Part shown: positions 40,225 to 50,204 of the stretch, one piece after another
Position numbering within the stretch: the stretch's first letter is position 1
Layout: each line of letters opens with the position of its first letter
Assembly: GCA_963832205.1 (NCBI GenBank)
Contig: CAWHTK010000009.1
Location: forward strand, 13,056 to 77,055
Direction of reading: 5' to 3'
Length of the DNA: 64,000 bases
DNA from: Blastocatellia bacterium
GTDB taxonomy: Bacteria; Acidobacteriota; Blastocatellia; UBA7656
Made by a program: the position numbers and the translations under genes
Notes under the pieces: model-generated
What the model was told of the DNA's origin: nothing
The model's database searches: none
Seen by the model: only the letters and a program-made list of their open reading frames with translations

Positions 40225-40250
40225 GATTTGAAATCTCATATTTGAAATCT
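40218..40250. repeat. family-B AT-rich palindromic element filling the ftsW-murG spacer
   Basis: AGATTTGAGATTTGAAATCTCATATTTGAAATCT. The 15-mer TTTGAGATTTGAAAT sits at 40220-40234, and GAGATTTGAAATCTC is a near-palindrome (7-bp arms GAGATTT/AAATCTC around a central G). The ftsW stop TGA (40222-40224) lies inside it, and the murG ATG is 3 nt after it. Confidence 0.75.
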
Positions 40251-40252
40251 AT

Positions 40253-41347
40253 ATGCGGGTGATTATCGCGGCAGGGGGAACGGGCGGGCACATTTATCCG
40301 GGCGTGGCCATCGCCCGCGAGTTCAAGCGCCGCGACGAGGCGGCCGAGATACTTTTCGTAGGCACGCCGCGCGGGCTCGAATCCCGCATCGTACCGCGCG
40401 AAGGGTTCGACCTCGAGATGATCAAGGTCAGCGCGCTCAAGGGCGTATCGTTTTTGCAGAGGGTGAAATCGCTCGTGGGGTTGCCCGCGAGCTTCGTGAG
40501 CGCGCTCAGGATACTGAGGCGCTTCAAGCCCGACGTGGTGATAGGCGTGGGCGGGTACTCATCGGGACCGACGCTGCTTATGGCGGCGATGAAGCGAATA
40601 CCGACGATGATTGTTGAGCCGAACGCAATGCCCGGATTTACCAACCGCCGACTCGCGCGGTTTGTTGACGCGGCGGCGCTCACGTTTGAGGACGCGCGAA
40701 AGTACTTCGGCCGGCGCGGCGTCGTGACCGGCAATCCGGTGCGTAACGATTTCGCCGGGTTGAAGCAGAAAGAGCGCGGCGAGCAGCTGAGCCTTCTGAT
40801 ATTCGGCGGGAGCCAGGGCGCGCATACCATCAACGTCGCGATGGTCGGCGCCGCAAAGCTTATGACCGCCAGGAAGGATCGGCTCGAAATAACTCACCAG
40901 ACCGGCGAGCGGGACTTTGAGATGGTCAGGCGCGGGTACGACGAAGCGGGGTTCAGCCACGCCGAGGTGAGGCCGTTCATAGACGGCATGGCCGGGGAGT
41001 TCGCGAAAGCAGACGTGTTGATATGCCGCGCCGGCGCGACGACCGCGGCCGAGGTTGCGGCGGCGGGGAAAGCGGCCATATTCGTCCCCTTCCCTTTCGC
41101 GACCGACGACCATCAGCGCAAGAACGCGGATGCGTTCATCCGCGTGGGGGCTGGACGGATGATCGTGCAGAAGGAACTGACGCCCGAGCGGCTGGCCGAA
41201 GAACTGGGCGGGCTGATCGAGCACCCCGAACAGATCAGCCGTATGGAAGAAGCGAGCCGGCGGCTCGGCCGTTCGGATTCGACCGAGCGCGCCGTTGACC
41301 TCGCCTTATCGATAGTCAGGGACCGGGGTTCAGTGGGCAAAGGCTGA
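40253..41347 (+). CDS. murG: undecaprenyldiphospho-muramoylpentapeptide beta-N-acetylglucosaminyltransferase
   Basis: IAAGGTGGHIYPG, GGYSSGP, GGSQGA, CRAGATT.AE, and the HQ..NA motif (DDHQRKNA). Confidence 0.92.
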   Translation: MRVIIAAGGTGGHIYPGVAIAREFKRRDEAAEILFVGTPRGLESRIVPREGFDLEMIKVSALKGVSFLQRVKSLVGLPASFVSALRILRRFKPDVVIGVGGYSSGPTLLMAAMKRIPTMIVEPNAMPGFTNRRLARFVDAAALTFEDARKYFGRRGVVTGNPVRNDFAGLKQKERGEQLSLLIFGGSQGAHTINVAMVGAAKLMTARKDRLEITHQTGERDFEMVRRGYDEAGFSHAEVRPFIDGMAGEFAKADVLICRAGATTAAEVAAAGKAAIFVPFPFATDDHQRKNADAFIRVGAGRMIVQKELTPERLAEELGGLIEHPEQISRMEEASRRLGRSDSTERAVDLALSIVRDRGSVGKG

Positions 41348-41350
41348 AGG

Positions 41351-42733
41351 ATGCTTTTTAGAGGAGTAAGACACATACATTTTGTCGGGATCGGCGGCAT
41401 AGGCATGAGCGGCATAGCCGAGGTGTTGCTCTCGCTCGGCGAGAACTTTCGCGTTACCGGCAGCGACCTGAAGCGCTCGACGATCACCGACCGGCTCGAA
41501 CAGATGGGCGCGACCGTCTGGGAGGGCCACCGCGCCGAGCACGTGGCGGGGGCCGACGTCGTCGTGTGCTCGTCGGCCGTGCGCGACAACAACCCCGAAG
41601 TGCTGACCGCGCGCCAGCGACAGGTCCCGGTCATCCCGCGCGCCGAGATGCTAGCGGAGTTGATGCGGCTCTACCGGCACGGCATCGCGGTCGCGGGCAC
41701 GCATGGAAAGACGACTACTACTTCGATGATCGCGCACATGATGACGAAGGCCGCATTCGACCCGGCTGTGGTCGTGGGCGGGCGGGTCGCGTCGCTCGGC
41801 TCAAACGCGCGGCTCGGCCGCGGCGAATACATCATAGTCGAGGCCGATGAATCGGACGGATCGCTGTTGATGCTCACGCCGACGATTGCGGTGCTGACCA
41901 ACATCGACAGCGATCACCTGGACCACTTCCGCGGAGGCATCGAAGAGATCAAAGAGTGTTTTGTAGAGTTCGCCAACCGCGTCCCTTTCTACGGCACGAT
42001 AGCTTTATGCCTCGATGATCATAACGTGCAGGCGATCATCCCCGAGATCACGCGGCGCTCGGTAAGTTTTGGGCTCGCGGCCCAGGCCGACGTCTCGGCC
42101 TGGGATATAAAGCTCGACTCGGCATTCGGCTCGCACTTTACGGTGCGCGCCTTCGGCCAGGAGCTGGGCGAGATGGGACTGGCGGTGCCGGGATTGCACA
42201 ACGTCTATAACGCGCTCGCGGCGACGGCCGTCGGGCTCGACCTCAGTATAAAGTTCGATGACATCGCGGCCGCGCTCGGCGAATTCCGGGGGGCGGAACG
42301 GCGGTTTCAGCTCAAGGGAGAGAAATCGGGTGTGCTTGTCGTCGATGACTACGGGCATCACCCGACCGAGATAAAAGCGACGCTCGCGGCCGCACGCACC
42401 GCGGGCCGGAGGGTGGTGACGCTGTTCCAGCCTCACCGCTACACGCGCACGCGCGACCTTATGGACGAATTCGCGCGCGCGTTTTACGGCGCTGACGTGT
42501 TGTTTGTCGCCGATGTTTATGCGGCGAGCGAAGACCCTATAGAGGGAGTGACCAGCCGCGCGCTGGCCGAAAAGATCGAGAGGTTCGGCCACCGGCATGT
42601 CGAATACGCAGGCCCCCTGTCGGGCGCGGCGGCAAAACTGAAAGAGGTCGCACAGCCCGGCGACCTCGTCCTGACACTCGGAGCAGGCAACGTCTGGCAG
42701 GCAGGAGAAGAGTTGCTTCGAATTCTTGATTAG
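41351..42733 (+). CDS. murC: UDP-N-acetylmuramate--L-alanine ligase
   Basis: [47 protein letters not shown]. Confidence 0.92.
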   Translation: MLFRGVRHIHFVGIGGIGMSGIAEVLLSLGENFRVTGSDLKRSTITDRLEQMGATVWEGHRAEHVAGADVVVCSSAVRDNNPEVLTARQRQVPVIPRAEMLAELMRLYRHGIAVAGTHGKTTTTSMIAHMMTKAAFDPAVVVGGRVASLGSNARLGRGEYIIVEADESDGSLLMLTPTIAVLTNIDSDHLDHFRGGIEEIKECFVEFANRVPFYGTIALCLDDHNVQAIIPEITRRSVSFGLAAQADVSAWDIKLDSAFGSHFTVRAFGQELGEMGLAVPGLHNVYNALAATAVGLDLSIKFDDIAAALGEFRGAERRFQLKGEKSGVLVVDDYGHHPTEIKATLAAARTAGRRVVTLFQPHRYTRTRDLMDEFARAFYGADVLFVADVYAASEDPIEGVTSRALAEKIERFGHRHVEYAGPLSGAAAKLKEVAQPGDLVLTLGAGNVWQAGEELLRILD

Positions 42734-42823
42734 GGGCGGGCAGCGGTCAGGCTATCTCAAATTTGAGATTTGAGATTTGAAATGTGAGATAGCAGATAGC
42801 CTGACCGCCGGCTCCCGACCCCT
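42732..42823. repeat. family-B element, most complete copy (murC-ftsQ spacer)
   Basis: 15-bp perfect arms GCGGTCAGGCTATCT (42743-42757) / AGATAGCCTGACCGC (42794-42808), with inner CTATCTCA/TGAGATAG pairing. The core is a tandem of GAGATTT-like heptads with the palindrome TCTCAAATTTGAGA (42755-42768) and the 15-mer at 42769-42783. Outer GGGGCGGG.../...CCCGACCCC extends the pairing. Confidence 0.85.
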
Positions 42824-42825
42824 GA

Positions 42826-43833
42826 GTGGGAGGTGCTACTTTGGCAGTGGCTCAAAAGAGCGATTCCAGGGTACGCGCACAGGTAGTTGCGCCGCGCGCG
42901 AGACGTATTCCGAAGTCGCGCGCGCGGAAAAAAGGCGCGGTTCAGGTCGGCAAGACGCTGAAGTCGGCCGCCCTGTTCATAAAACCCGCGATGACCGTGG
43001 CGCTCGTGATCGCGGCCCTTGTCGGCTACAGGGCATTCGCCAATTCGAGCCTGTTCGAGCTGCGCCGCGTCATGGTGAGCGGCGCGGGCGAAAGCTTGAA
43101 GGCAGACATAGAGACGGCGGTGCGGCAGGTGGTCGGGCAGTCGAGGCTACTCGCGGTGGAACTCGCGGATATAAAGAAGAGGGTCGAGTCGGTGGCGCGC
43201 GTGAAATCGGCGACGGTCGCCCGCGCGCTACCCGACGGCATATTCGTGAGCGTCTCCGAGCGACAGCCATCGGTGATCGCGCGCAGAAAGAGCGAGGCCC
43301 TCGTATGGCTGGATGAGGAAGGGATGGAGATAGGCGATTACTGGGACGCGTCGATCAAGACGCCGAATCCATGGTCGACGGATGAGTCTTACGCGCCGCC
43401 GGTCGTCAAAGGCTTTTCCGAAGGGCCGCGGTCGCAGGGAGCGGCGGCCGACGACCGCGAACGCGTCGAGCTTTATCGAAGGATCGAGCGCGAGCTTAAC
43501 GACGGGCCGACTTCGCTGTGGAGTCGCATCGACCAGATCGACCTGACTTATACCAGGGATGCGAACCTTCACCTGTCCGATCCGCCCGTGATGGTCCACA
43601 TCGGCGATGCCGATTTTCGCAAGCGACTTGAAAAGGCTCTCGCGGTGCTCGCCGCCGCGACCGGAGGGGACGTAGAGCGGCTCGCGCGGCTGGGCGTCCC
43701 CGAAGCGGAGAGATTGATCGAGAATGCCAACGGCATTCATTTCATCGATGCGGCGCGCGGCGACCGCATTGTAGTTAATTTCGCCACCCCCGGCGCACAC
43801 AAGTCTGTCAGGCAGGAGCAAAGGCAACGATGA
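42826..43833 (+). CDS. ftsQ: cell division protein FtsQ (POTRA domain)
   Basis: Position between murC and ftsA. Basic N-terminus, one TM (PAMTVALVIAALVGY), then a POTRA-like LRRVMVSGAG segment. The start is uncertain (GTG 42826; a TTG and a GTG lie a few codons downstream after GGGAGG). Confidence 0.8.
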   Translation: MGGATLAVAQKSDSRVRAQVVAPRARRIPKSRARKKGAVQVGKTLKSAALFIKPAMTVALVIAALVGYRAFANSSLFELRRVMVSGAGESLKADIETAVRQVVGQSRLLAVELADIKKRVESVARVKSATVARALPDGIFVSVSERQPSVIARRKSEALVWLDEEGMEIGDYWDASIKTPNPWSTDESYAPPVVKGFSEGPRSQGAAADDRERVELYRRIERELNDGPTSLWSRIDQIDLTYTRDANLHLSDPPVMVHIGDADFRKRLEKALAVLAAATGGDVERLARLGVPEAERLIENANGIHFIDAARGDRIVVNFATPGAHKSVRQEQRQR

Positions 43834-43914
43834 GACGCGGGGAGTGAGTCCGGCAGGCTTACCCTGAACTCAGTCCCCGAGCCTCAGCCCTGAAATTTGG
43901 CCGGAGGATTAGTA

Positions 43915-45150
43915 ATGGCAAAAGGGAACAAACATATTGCGGCGCTCGACATCGGCACGACTGAGGTGCGGGCAGTCGTAGGAGAGGTCACCGAAAACGA
44001 TAAGCTGGAGATCGTCGGCGTCGGCCGCGCCCCTTCGCGCGGCGTGCGCAAAGGAGTGGTCGTAAACATCGAGGCGACGGTCGAGGCCATCAAGCAAGCG
44101 GTCGAAGAGTCCGAGATGATGTCGGGCCTGCCGGTCGATGCGGCCTATGTCAGCCTCGGCGGCGTGCAGGTGCGAGGTATGAACTCGCGCGGCGTTATAG
44201 CCATAAGCCGCCGCAACCGCGACATCATGGAAGACGACGTATACCGCGTGATAGACCAGGCGCGCGCCATAAGCGTGCCCACGGACCGCGAGATCATAGA
44301 CGTCCTGCCGCAGGAATTCACCGTTGACGGGCAGGACGGGATAGGCAACCCCATAGGGTTCTTAGGCATGCGGCTGGAGGCGTCGGTCCACGTCATGACT
44401 TCGCCCATTACCGCGCGCCAGAATGTCATCTCGTCCGTCAACCGGGCCGGCATCGTGGTCACCGACACCGTGGTCGCGCACGTTGCCGGTGGGGAGGCGA
44501 CGCTCACGCCCGACGAGAAGGAGTACGGCGCGGCGGTCCTCGACATAGGCGCGGACATCACGAACCTCACCGTCTTCTACCGCGAGGCGGTGCGCCACAC
44601 GGCCGTCTTTCCGATGGGGGGCAATCACTTCACCAACGACATAGCCGTGGGGTTGCGCACGCCCGTGCCCGAGGCCGAACGGATAAAGGTGAGCGAGGGG
44701 TGCGCGCTTTCGGGGCTGATGGCCGAGCACGAGCGCGGGCACATGGTCGAGGTCCCATCGGTCGGGGGGCGGCAGCCGCGCATGCTGAGCCGGCAGATAC
44801 TGTGCGAGATACTTCAGCCGCGGGCCGAAGAGATATTCGGCCATGCGATGGAGGAGATCCAGCGGGCGGGCTTCGACCGGCAGATACTATCGAGCATCGT
44901 GCTCATCGGCGGCGGCTCGCTTATGGACGGGATAGTCGAGATGGCCGAGCAGGTGCTCGACCTGCCGGCGCGACACGGGCTGCCGGATTTCATCGGCGGG
45001 CTGACGGGCGAGATAGACAGCCCGGCGTTTGCGACCGTCGTGGGGACGCTTTTGTATGGATTCCACAAGCAGATGAACATGAAAAGAATCCACTCGCTCA
45101 AGGACGGAGCGCCGAAGGCGGTGAGCCTGTGGAAGCGGCTATTTGGTTAG
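43915..45150 (+). CDS. ftsA: cell division protein FtsA
   Basis: ATG 7 nt after GGAGGA. ALDIGTT.VRAVVGE, actin-fold phosphate motifs (VLDIGADITNL, GGNHFTNDIA, LIGGGS). Confidence 0.92.
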   Translation: MAKGNKHIAALDIGTTEVRAVVGEVTENDKLEIVGVGRAPSRGVRKGVVVNIEATVEAIKQAVEESEMMSGLPVDAAYVSLGGVQVRGMNSRGVIAISRRNRDIMEDDVYRVIDQARAISVPTDREIIDVLPQEFTVDGQDGIGNPIGFLGMRLEASVHVMTSPITARQNVISSVNRAGIVVTDTVVAHVAGGEATLTPDEKEYGAAVLDIGADITNLTVFYREAVRHTAVFPMGGNHFTNDIAVGLRTPVPEAERIKVSEGCALSGLMAEHERGHMVEVPSVGGRQPRMLSRQILCEILQPRAEEIFGHAMEEIQRAGFDRQILSSIVLIGGGSLMDGIVEMAEQVLDLPARHGLPDFIGGLTGEIDSPAFATVVGTLLYGFHKQMNMKRIHSLKDGAPKAVSLWKRLFG

Positions 45151-45495
45151 AAAAAGTGAAAAAAATGTTTCCAGGCGCGGCAAAAAAAAGTTGTAGGGGG
45201 CAAGACGTCTGTGCTACTATGCGGTGTGTCTTCAGACAATTGTTCTACCACATATTGTAGCAACCGGCTGCCAGCCTCAAAGGCACTGTTAGGAGAACCC
45301 CCACCGATAGCGGGCGCCGCCAAGCTCCCGCGAGGGTGAGCGTGTGCGCGCCCGCGAGTCGCTATGGGCCGAGAATTTTCTGACAGTGTTTGATAACTAG
45401 AGAGTACTTGAAATGATTCCTCGTGTAAGCGGACCGTCATGCTCGAAGGTATCGCTTGCCCGGTTGCTAAATTTGGTATGCAGGAGGCACGCGTA

Positions 45496-46653
45496 ATGGC
45501 AGCGGATGAACGTAAGGAGATTCGAAGCGCAGTTATAACATTCGACGATTCCGAGCAATCAGTCAGTGGCGCTAGGATAAAAGTAATAGGCGTTGGCGGC
45601 GGCGGCGGCAACGCCATAAACCGCATGATCGAGGCGGGAATCGAAGGCGTGGAGTTTCTGGTCGCTAACACCGACCTCCAGGCGCTGAAGAGTTCAAAGG
45701 CCTCCGTCAAAATACAGATCGGCGAGAAGCTGACGCGGGGGCTGGGGGCGGGCGGCGACCCCGAGATCGGCCGCCAGTCGGCGCTCGAAGACACCGAGAA
45801 GATAATCGAGGCGCTCGAAGGGGCCGACATGGTCTTCATCACCACGGGGCTCGGAGGCGGGACGGGCACGGGCTCGGCGCCTATAATCGCGAGCCTCGCC
45901 ACGGAGCTTGGGGCCCTGACGGTCGCGGTCGTCACCAAGCCTTTTCGCTTCGAGGGACGCCGCCGGCAGCGACAGGGCGAACAGGGACTCAACGAGCTGC
46001 GCGAATGCGTAAACACAGTCATCACCATCCCCAATGAAAGATTGCTCAACGCGGTTCAGAAAAATACCCCGTTCCTAGATTCGTTTAAGCTCGCCGACGA
46101 CGTTCTGCGCCAGGCCGTGCAGGGCATATCAGACATTATCACCGTGCCGGGGCTCATCAACGTGGACTTCGCCGACGTGAAGACCATCATGGCCGGCATG
46201 GGCATGGCGCTGATGGGGACGGGCGCGGCCGCGGGCGAGAACCGCGCGCTCGAAGCGACCCAGCGCGCCATATCGAGCCCGCTTTTGGAAGAGGCGTCCA
46301 TCGAAGGCGCGAAGGGACTGCTCGTCAACGTCACGGGCGGGACAGACCTCACGCTGTTTGAAGTCAACGAGGCGATGTCGATCATACACGACTCGGCCGA
46401 CCCCGACGCCAACATCATCTTCGGCGCGGTGCTCGACGAGCGCCTCGCAGACGAGATGAAGATAACCGTCATCGCCACGGGGTTCGAGAAGACCGCGGTT
46501 GCGACCGAGCCGGTCAGGACCTATACGAGTGCGCCCGCGGCCGAAGGCGCGCGAGTGCCGAGCAGCGGCGCATCGCCTACGGGCGGCACGACGGGGCCGT
46601 TGCGCCGCGAAGATGTTGATGTACCCGCGTTCATCCGCAAGAAGGCAGACTAG
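45496..46653 (+). CDS. ftsZ: cell division GTPase FtsZ
   Basis: ATG 8 nt after [23 protein letters not shown], tubulin signature [20 protein letters not shown], and the conserved C-terminal peptide [11 protein letters not shown]. Confidence 0.93.
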   Translation: MAADERKEIRSAVITFDDSEQSVSGARIKVIGVGGGGGNAINRMIEAGIEGVEFLVANTDLQALKSSKASVKIQIGEKLTRGLGAGGDPEIGRQSALEDTEKIIEALEGADMVFITTGLGGGTGTGSAPIIASLATELGALTVAVVTKPFRFEGRRRQRQGEQGLNELRECVNTVITIPNERLLNAVQKNTPFLDSFKLADDVLRQAVQGISDIITVPGLINVDFADVKTIMAGMGMALMGTGAAAGENRALEATQRAISSPLLEEASIEGAKGLLVNVTGGTDLTLFEVNEAMSIIHDSADPDANIIFGAVLDERLADEMKITVIATGFEKTAVATEPVRTYTSAPAAEGARVPSSGASPTGGTTGPLRREDVDVPAFIRKKAD

Positions 46654-46685
46654 CTGCCTGTTTTACAATCCTCCGGACTGCCTTG

Positions 46686-46716
46686 GCCGCTGCGCTCACG
46701 CAGCGGCTTTTTGTTT
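46686..46716 (+). terminator. rho-independent terminator of the dcw cluster
   Basis: GCCGCTGCG-CTCA-CGCAGCGGC followed by TTTTTGTTT, 33 nt after the ftsZ stop. Confidence 0.8.
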
Positions 46717-46752
46717 CTGGTTTAAGAGATAAAGAAGCGCATAGAAAACCGA

Positions 46753-47454
46753 TCACAGCTTATCGACCCTCTTGAAACCCGGCGGCATCTCGAATCGGTC
46801 TTCGGCCACGTCAACGCTGACGTTTCGGCGCTCGGTCACAAACCTGACGCCGTTTGAAGGCTCCGACTCCATCTCGGTTCTTAGCGCAAGCCCCGAAAGG
46901 TCGCGGGCGCGATAAGTGCGGACTATTTCCGCCCGGCCCTCGAACAGCAGGCGGCGCTCGGTGACCTGACACGAGCGGCCTTCGATCACCTGGTCGGGTA
47001 AATGCCTCACTTCTACGCGCTCGGGCTGGCCGCCGCCTTCAAAGATTCGCTCGACGGCCACCGGGTCTATGCTCTCGTCCTGCTCTGCGCCCGAAGCCCC
47101 GGCCCGGTCCGTAATCTCTCGCGAGAGGTCCGTCTCCGTATAGACCTGTCGCTCGACGACAAGCAAGAACTGCTTGCCCAGATCGGGCCTGAGTATCAGC
47201 ACGTGAGTTTCGCCCTGCTCGGTCCATTCGTGCCTGCGGAGCTCGCCCACGCGGGCCACGGCTTCGGATACGGTTTCGACCCCGTCGGGGCTTTCGATAG
47301 TGCGCACTATTGTCGCCGAATATCGTTCGGGCTCGCCCGCGGCGACGACCTCTGGTCTCTCGGGCGAGCTGCTGCCGCAGGCGGTGAAGGCAAGCGCGAG
47401 GGCAAGCGCCATCAACAGCGCGAGCGCGAAAACCTGTTTTTTATCTGATACCAT
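46753..47454 (-). CDS. probable lipoprotein, hypothetical
   Basis: MVSDKKQVFALALLMALALALAFTACGSSS (signal plus a lipobox-like FTAC). No other recognisable motifs. Confidence 0.6.
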   Translation of the reverse strand: MVSDKKQVFALALLMALALALAFTACGSSSPERPEVVAAGEPERYSATIVRTIESPDGVETVSEAVARVGELRRHEWTEQGETHVLILRPDLGKQFLLVVERQVYTETDLSREITDRAGASGAEQDESIDPVAVERIFEGGGQPERVEVRHLPDQVIEGRSCQVTERRLLFEGRAEIVRTYRARDLSGLALRTEMESEPSNGVRFVTERRNVSVDVAEDRFEMPPGFKRVDKL

Positions 47455-47540
47455 CCTGGTTAAGATATTAACACCACCGTTTAAGATGTCGCGCAACTCT
47501 GCTATGCTTGCGAAAATTAACGTACCGCACTTATAGAGTA

Positions 47541-50084
47541 ATGAAAGAGTCGCTGCGCACAGGAAGTATCATCGCCCATTACCGCATAATGCACCCCGTC
47601 GGCGCGGGCGGTATGGGAGAAGTCTACCTGGCGGAAGACCTGACGCTAGGCCGGCGCGTGGCGTTGAAGATACTCCCGGCGCAGGCCACCGGAGAAGAAG
47701 ACCGGCTGCGCAGATTCGAGCAGGAGGCGCGCGCCGCCTCGGCCCTCAACCACCCGAACATAATAACTATTCATGAGGTAGGCATAGATAAGGGCGCGCA
47801 CTTCATCGCCACAGAGTTCATCGAAGGCGAGACGCTCAGATCTTACCTGAGGCGGATGCGGCCGAGCCTTCAAGAGACAATAGAGATCACGATGCAGGTG
47901 GCGAGCGCGCTTTCGGCGGCGCATCAGGTAGGCATCATCCACCGAGACATAAAGCCCGAGAACATCATGGTGCGACCGGATGGCTACGTGAAGGTGCTCG
48001 ATTTTGGCGTCGTCAAGCTGACCGAAACATTCATCTCACGACAGACCGGGCCGGGCGGCGAGACCGGCGCGGACGAAGTCGAGTTAATCAACACCGAATC
48101 GAATATTGTGATGGGGAGCCCGAATTATATGTCGCCCGAGCAGGCGCGCGGGCTCGGCGTCGACGCGCGCACCGACATATTCTCGCTCGGCGTAGTGATG
48201 TATGAGATGCTCACGGGCCACAGGCCGTTCGACGGCGAAACGATCAGCGACGTTATCGTCGCGATACTGGAGCGCGCGCCCGCCCCGCTCGTAAACTTCA
48301 TGCCCGACGTATCGCCGCGGCTGGAGCGAATAATCAACAAGGCGCTCTCGAAAAACCGAACCGCAAGGTACGAGACCGCCGCCGAGATGCTCAAAGACCT
48401 GAAGCGACAGAAGCAACGGTTGATGCTCGAAGCGGGGTTGGACGACTCTATGTCTCCCGACTTCGAGCCTCAACCGACGGTCGAGATAACCGCGAAAGAG
48501 AGCGGGAACATTACCGTGAGGGAGACAAGCCCGCCCGCGGATCAGGTGGAAAGCTCCCGGCCGGTGTCGAGCGCCGAATACCTCATCACCGAAATCAAGC
48601 ACCACAAGGCGGCGGTCATGGTGATAATCGCGGTCGCGCTTTCGGCGGTCGTGCTTTTGATATTGCTGAGGGGCGATGGCCGGGTGGCGAGCGAGAGGGC
48701 GGGCGGCCCGGCGATAGGGTCTATAGCCGTGCTGCCTTTCATAAACATGAGCGACGACCCTGAAAACGAATACCTGTCGGACGGGATCACCGAGACTTTA
48801 ATAAATGACCTGTCGCGGATGCCGGATTTAAAAGTGATGTCGCGAAACGCGGCCTTCCGATATAAAGGACAGGACGTGGACGCGGCGAAGGTCGGCCGCG
48901 ATCTGGGCGTGCGAGCGGTGCTTGCGGGAACTATAAGGCAGCGCGGCGATGGGCTTACGGTCGGCGTCGAGCTGATAGACGCCGGGGACAACAGCCGCAT
49001 ATGGGGCGAGCAGTACAACCGCCGCATGCCGGACATACTGGCGTTGCAGCAAGAGATCGCGACGAGCATTGTCGCGAAGCTCCAGCCGAAGCTCGGCGGC
49101 GAAGGCGGCGCTCGCGTGGGCAGACAGTATACGGCAAGCCCGCAGGCGTACCAGCATTACATGAGGGGCCGCTACTACTGGAACAAGCGGACTGAGGAAG
49201 GGCTCAAAAGGGGCATAGACTATTTCAAGCAGGCGATTGACGCCGACCCCGCCTATGCGCTGGCATACGCCGGGCTGGCCGACTGCTACGCGCTGCTTGC
49301 GGATTACGGCGGCGAGCTGCCCGGCGAGCTATACCCCAGGGTCAGGGCGGCGGCGACCGAGGCCTTGAGGCTAGACGATTCGCTTGCGGAGGCGCACACC
49401 TCGCTCGGCGCGGTTTATGAATATGAATGGAACTGGGTTGAGGCCGAGAGGCAGTACGGGCGGGCCATCGCGTTGAACTCTAACTACCCGACGGCGCATC
49501 ACTGGTACGGGCTGGTGCTGGCGGCGCGCAACCGCGCGGGCGAAGCGGTCGAGCAGATAAAGCGCGCGCTCGAACTCGACCCGCTTTCGCTCATAATCAA
49601 CACCGCGCTCGGAAGGGCCTACTATTGCGCTCGCGAGTACGATCTGGCCATAGAGCAGCTCGGAAAGACGCTTGAGATGGACCCGAACTTCGCGGAAGCG
49701 AGGTTCCACCTCGGGCTGGCCTACGAGCAGAAAGGGATGCACGCGGACGCGATAAAGGAGTTGCAGAGAGCGGCCGAGCTGTTCGGCGACGAGACCCTGG
49801 CAGGCTGGACGGGGCGCGTGTATGCGGCGGCCGGCAACCGCGCCGAGGCCGAGCGCGTGCTCAAGAGGCTTGAGAAGATGCCGAAGCGAACTAACGCTTT
49901 GCCATACATAGTGGCAACGACCTACGCGGCGCTTGGGAATAAAGAGAAAACATTCGAATGGCTCGACCTTGCGCTGAAGGAACGGTCGATATATGTGACC
50001 GGGCTCAACACCGACCCTGTATTCGACAGCCTGCGCTCGGACGCGCGCTTCTCGAATTTGCTCCGCCAGATCGGATTTGAGTAA
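47541..50084 (+). CDS. Ser/Thr protein kinase with TM, TolB-N-like periplasmic domain and TPR repeats
   Basis: GAGGMGEVY, VALK, HRDIKPEN, DFG, SPNYMSPEQ. TM AAVMVIIAVALSAVVLLILL. IAVLPFINMSDDPENEYLSDGITE. Several TPRs (ALELDP, LEMDPNFAEA...). Confidence 0.88.
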   Translation: MKESLRTGSIIAHYRIMHPVGAGGMGEVYLAEDLTLGRRVALKILPAQATGEEDRLRRFEQEARAASALNHPNIITIHEVGIDKGAHFIATEFIEGETLRSYLRRMRPSLQETIEITMQVASALSAAHQVGIIHRDIKPENIMVRPDGYVKVLDFGVVKLTETFISRQTGPGGETGADEVELINTESNIVMGSPNYMSPEQARGLGVDARTDIFSLGVVMYEMLTGHRPFDGETISDVIVAILERAPAPLVNFMPDVSPRLERIINKALSKNRTARYETAAEMLKDLKRQKQRLMLEAGLDDSMSPDFEPQPTVEITAKESGNITVRETSPPADQVESSRPVSSAEYLITEIKHHKAAVMVIIAVALSAVVLLILLRGDGRVASERAGGPAIGSIAVLPFINMSDDPENEYLSDGITETLINDLSRMPDLKVMSRNAAFRYKGQDVDAAKVGRDLGVRAVLAGTIRQRGDGLTVGVELIDAGDNSRIWGEQYNRRMPDILALQQEIATSIVAKLQPKLGGEGGARVGRQYTASPQAYQHYMRGRYYWNKRTEEGLKRGIDYFKQAIDADPAYALAYAGLADCYALLADYGGELPGELYPRVRAAATEALRLDDSLAEAHTSLGAVYEYEWNWVEAERQYGRAIALNSNYPTAHHWYGLVLAARNRAGEAVEQIKRALELDPLSLIINTALGRAYYCAREYDLAIEQLGKTLEMDPNFAEARFHLGLAYEQKGMHADAIKELQRAAELFGDETLAGWTGRVYAAAGNRAEAERVLKRLEKMPKRTNALPYIVATTYAALGNKEKTFEWLDLALKERSIYVTGLNTDPVFDSLRSDARFSNLLRQIGFE

Positions 50085-50204
50085 AGCATAAAGACCCATG
50101 AAAAGCTCAGGCTATCTTTCAGAGCATTCACGGGCTGAAGCCTTTCCAGTTAATGAAACTGGATAATCGAACTGGAGCCTGCTGATCGACGCTAAAATCT
50201 TTGG

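Noticed and set aside
45151-45495. Small gene or RNA in the 345-nt ftsA-ftsZ gap
   Set aside because: There is no ORF with an SD. The region contains a plausible promoter (TTGTAG-18-TACTAT near 45190-45220) and some local pairing. Long structured ftsZ leaders are common, and there is not enough evidence for a separate feature.
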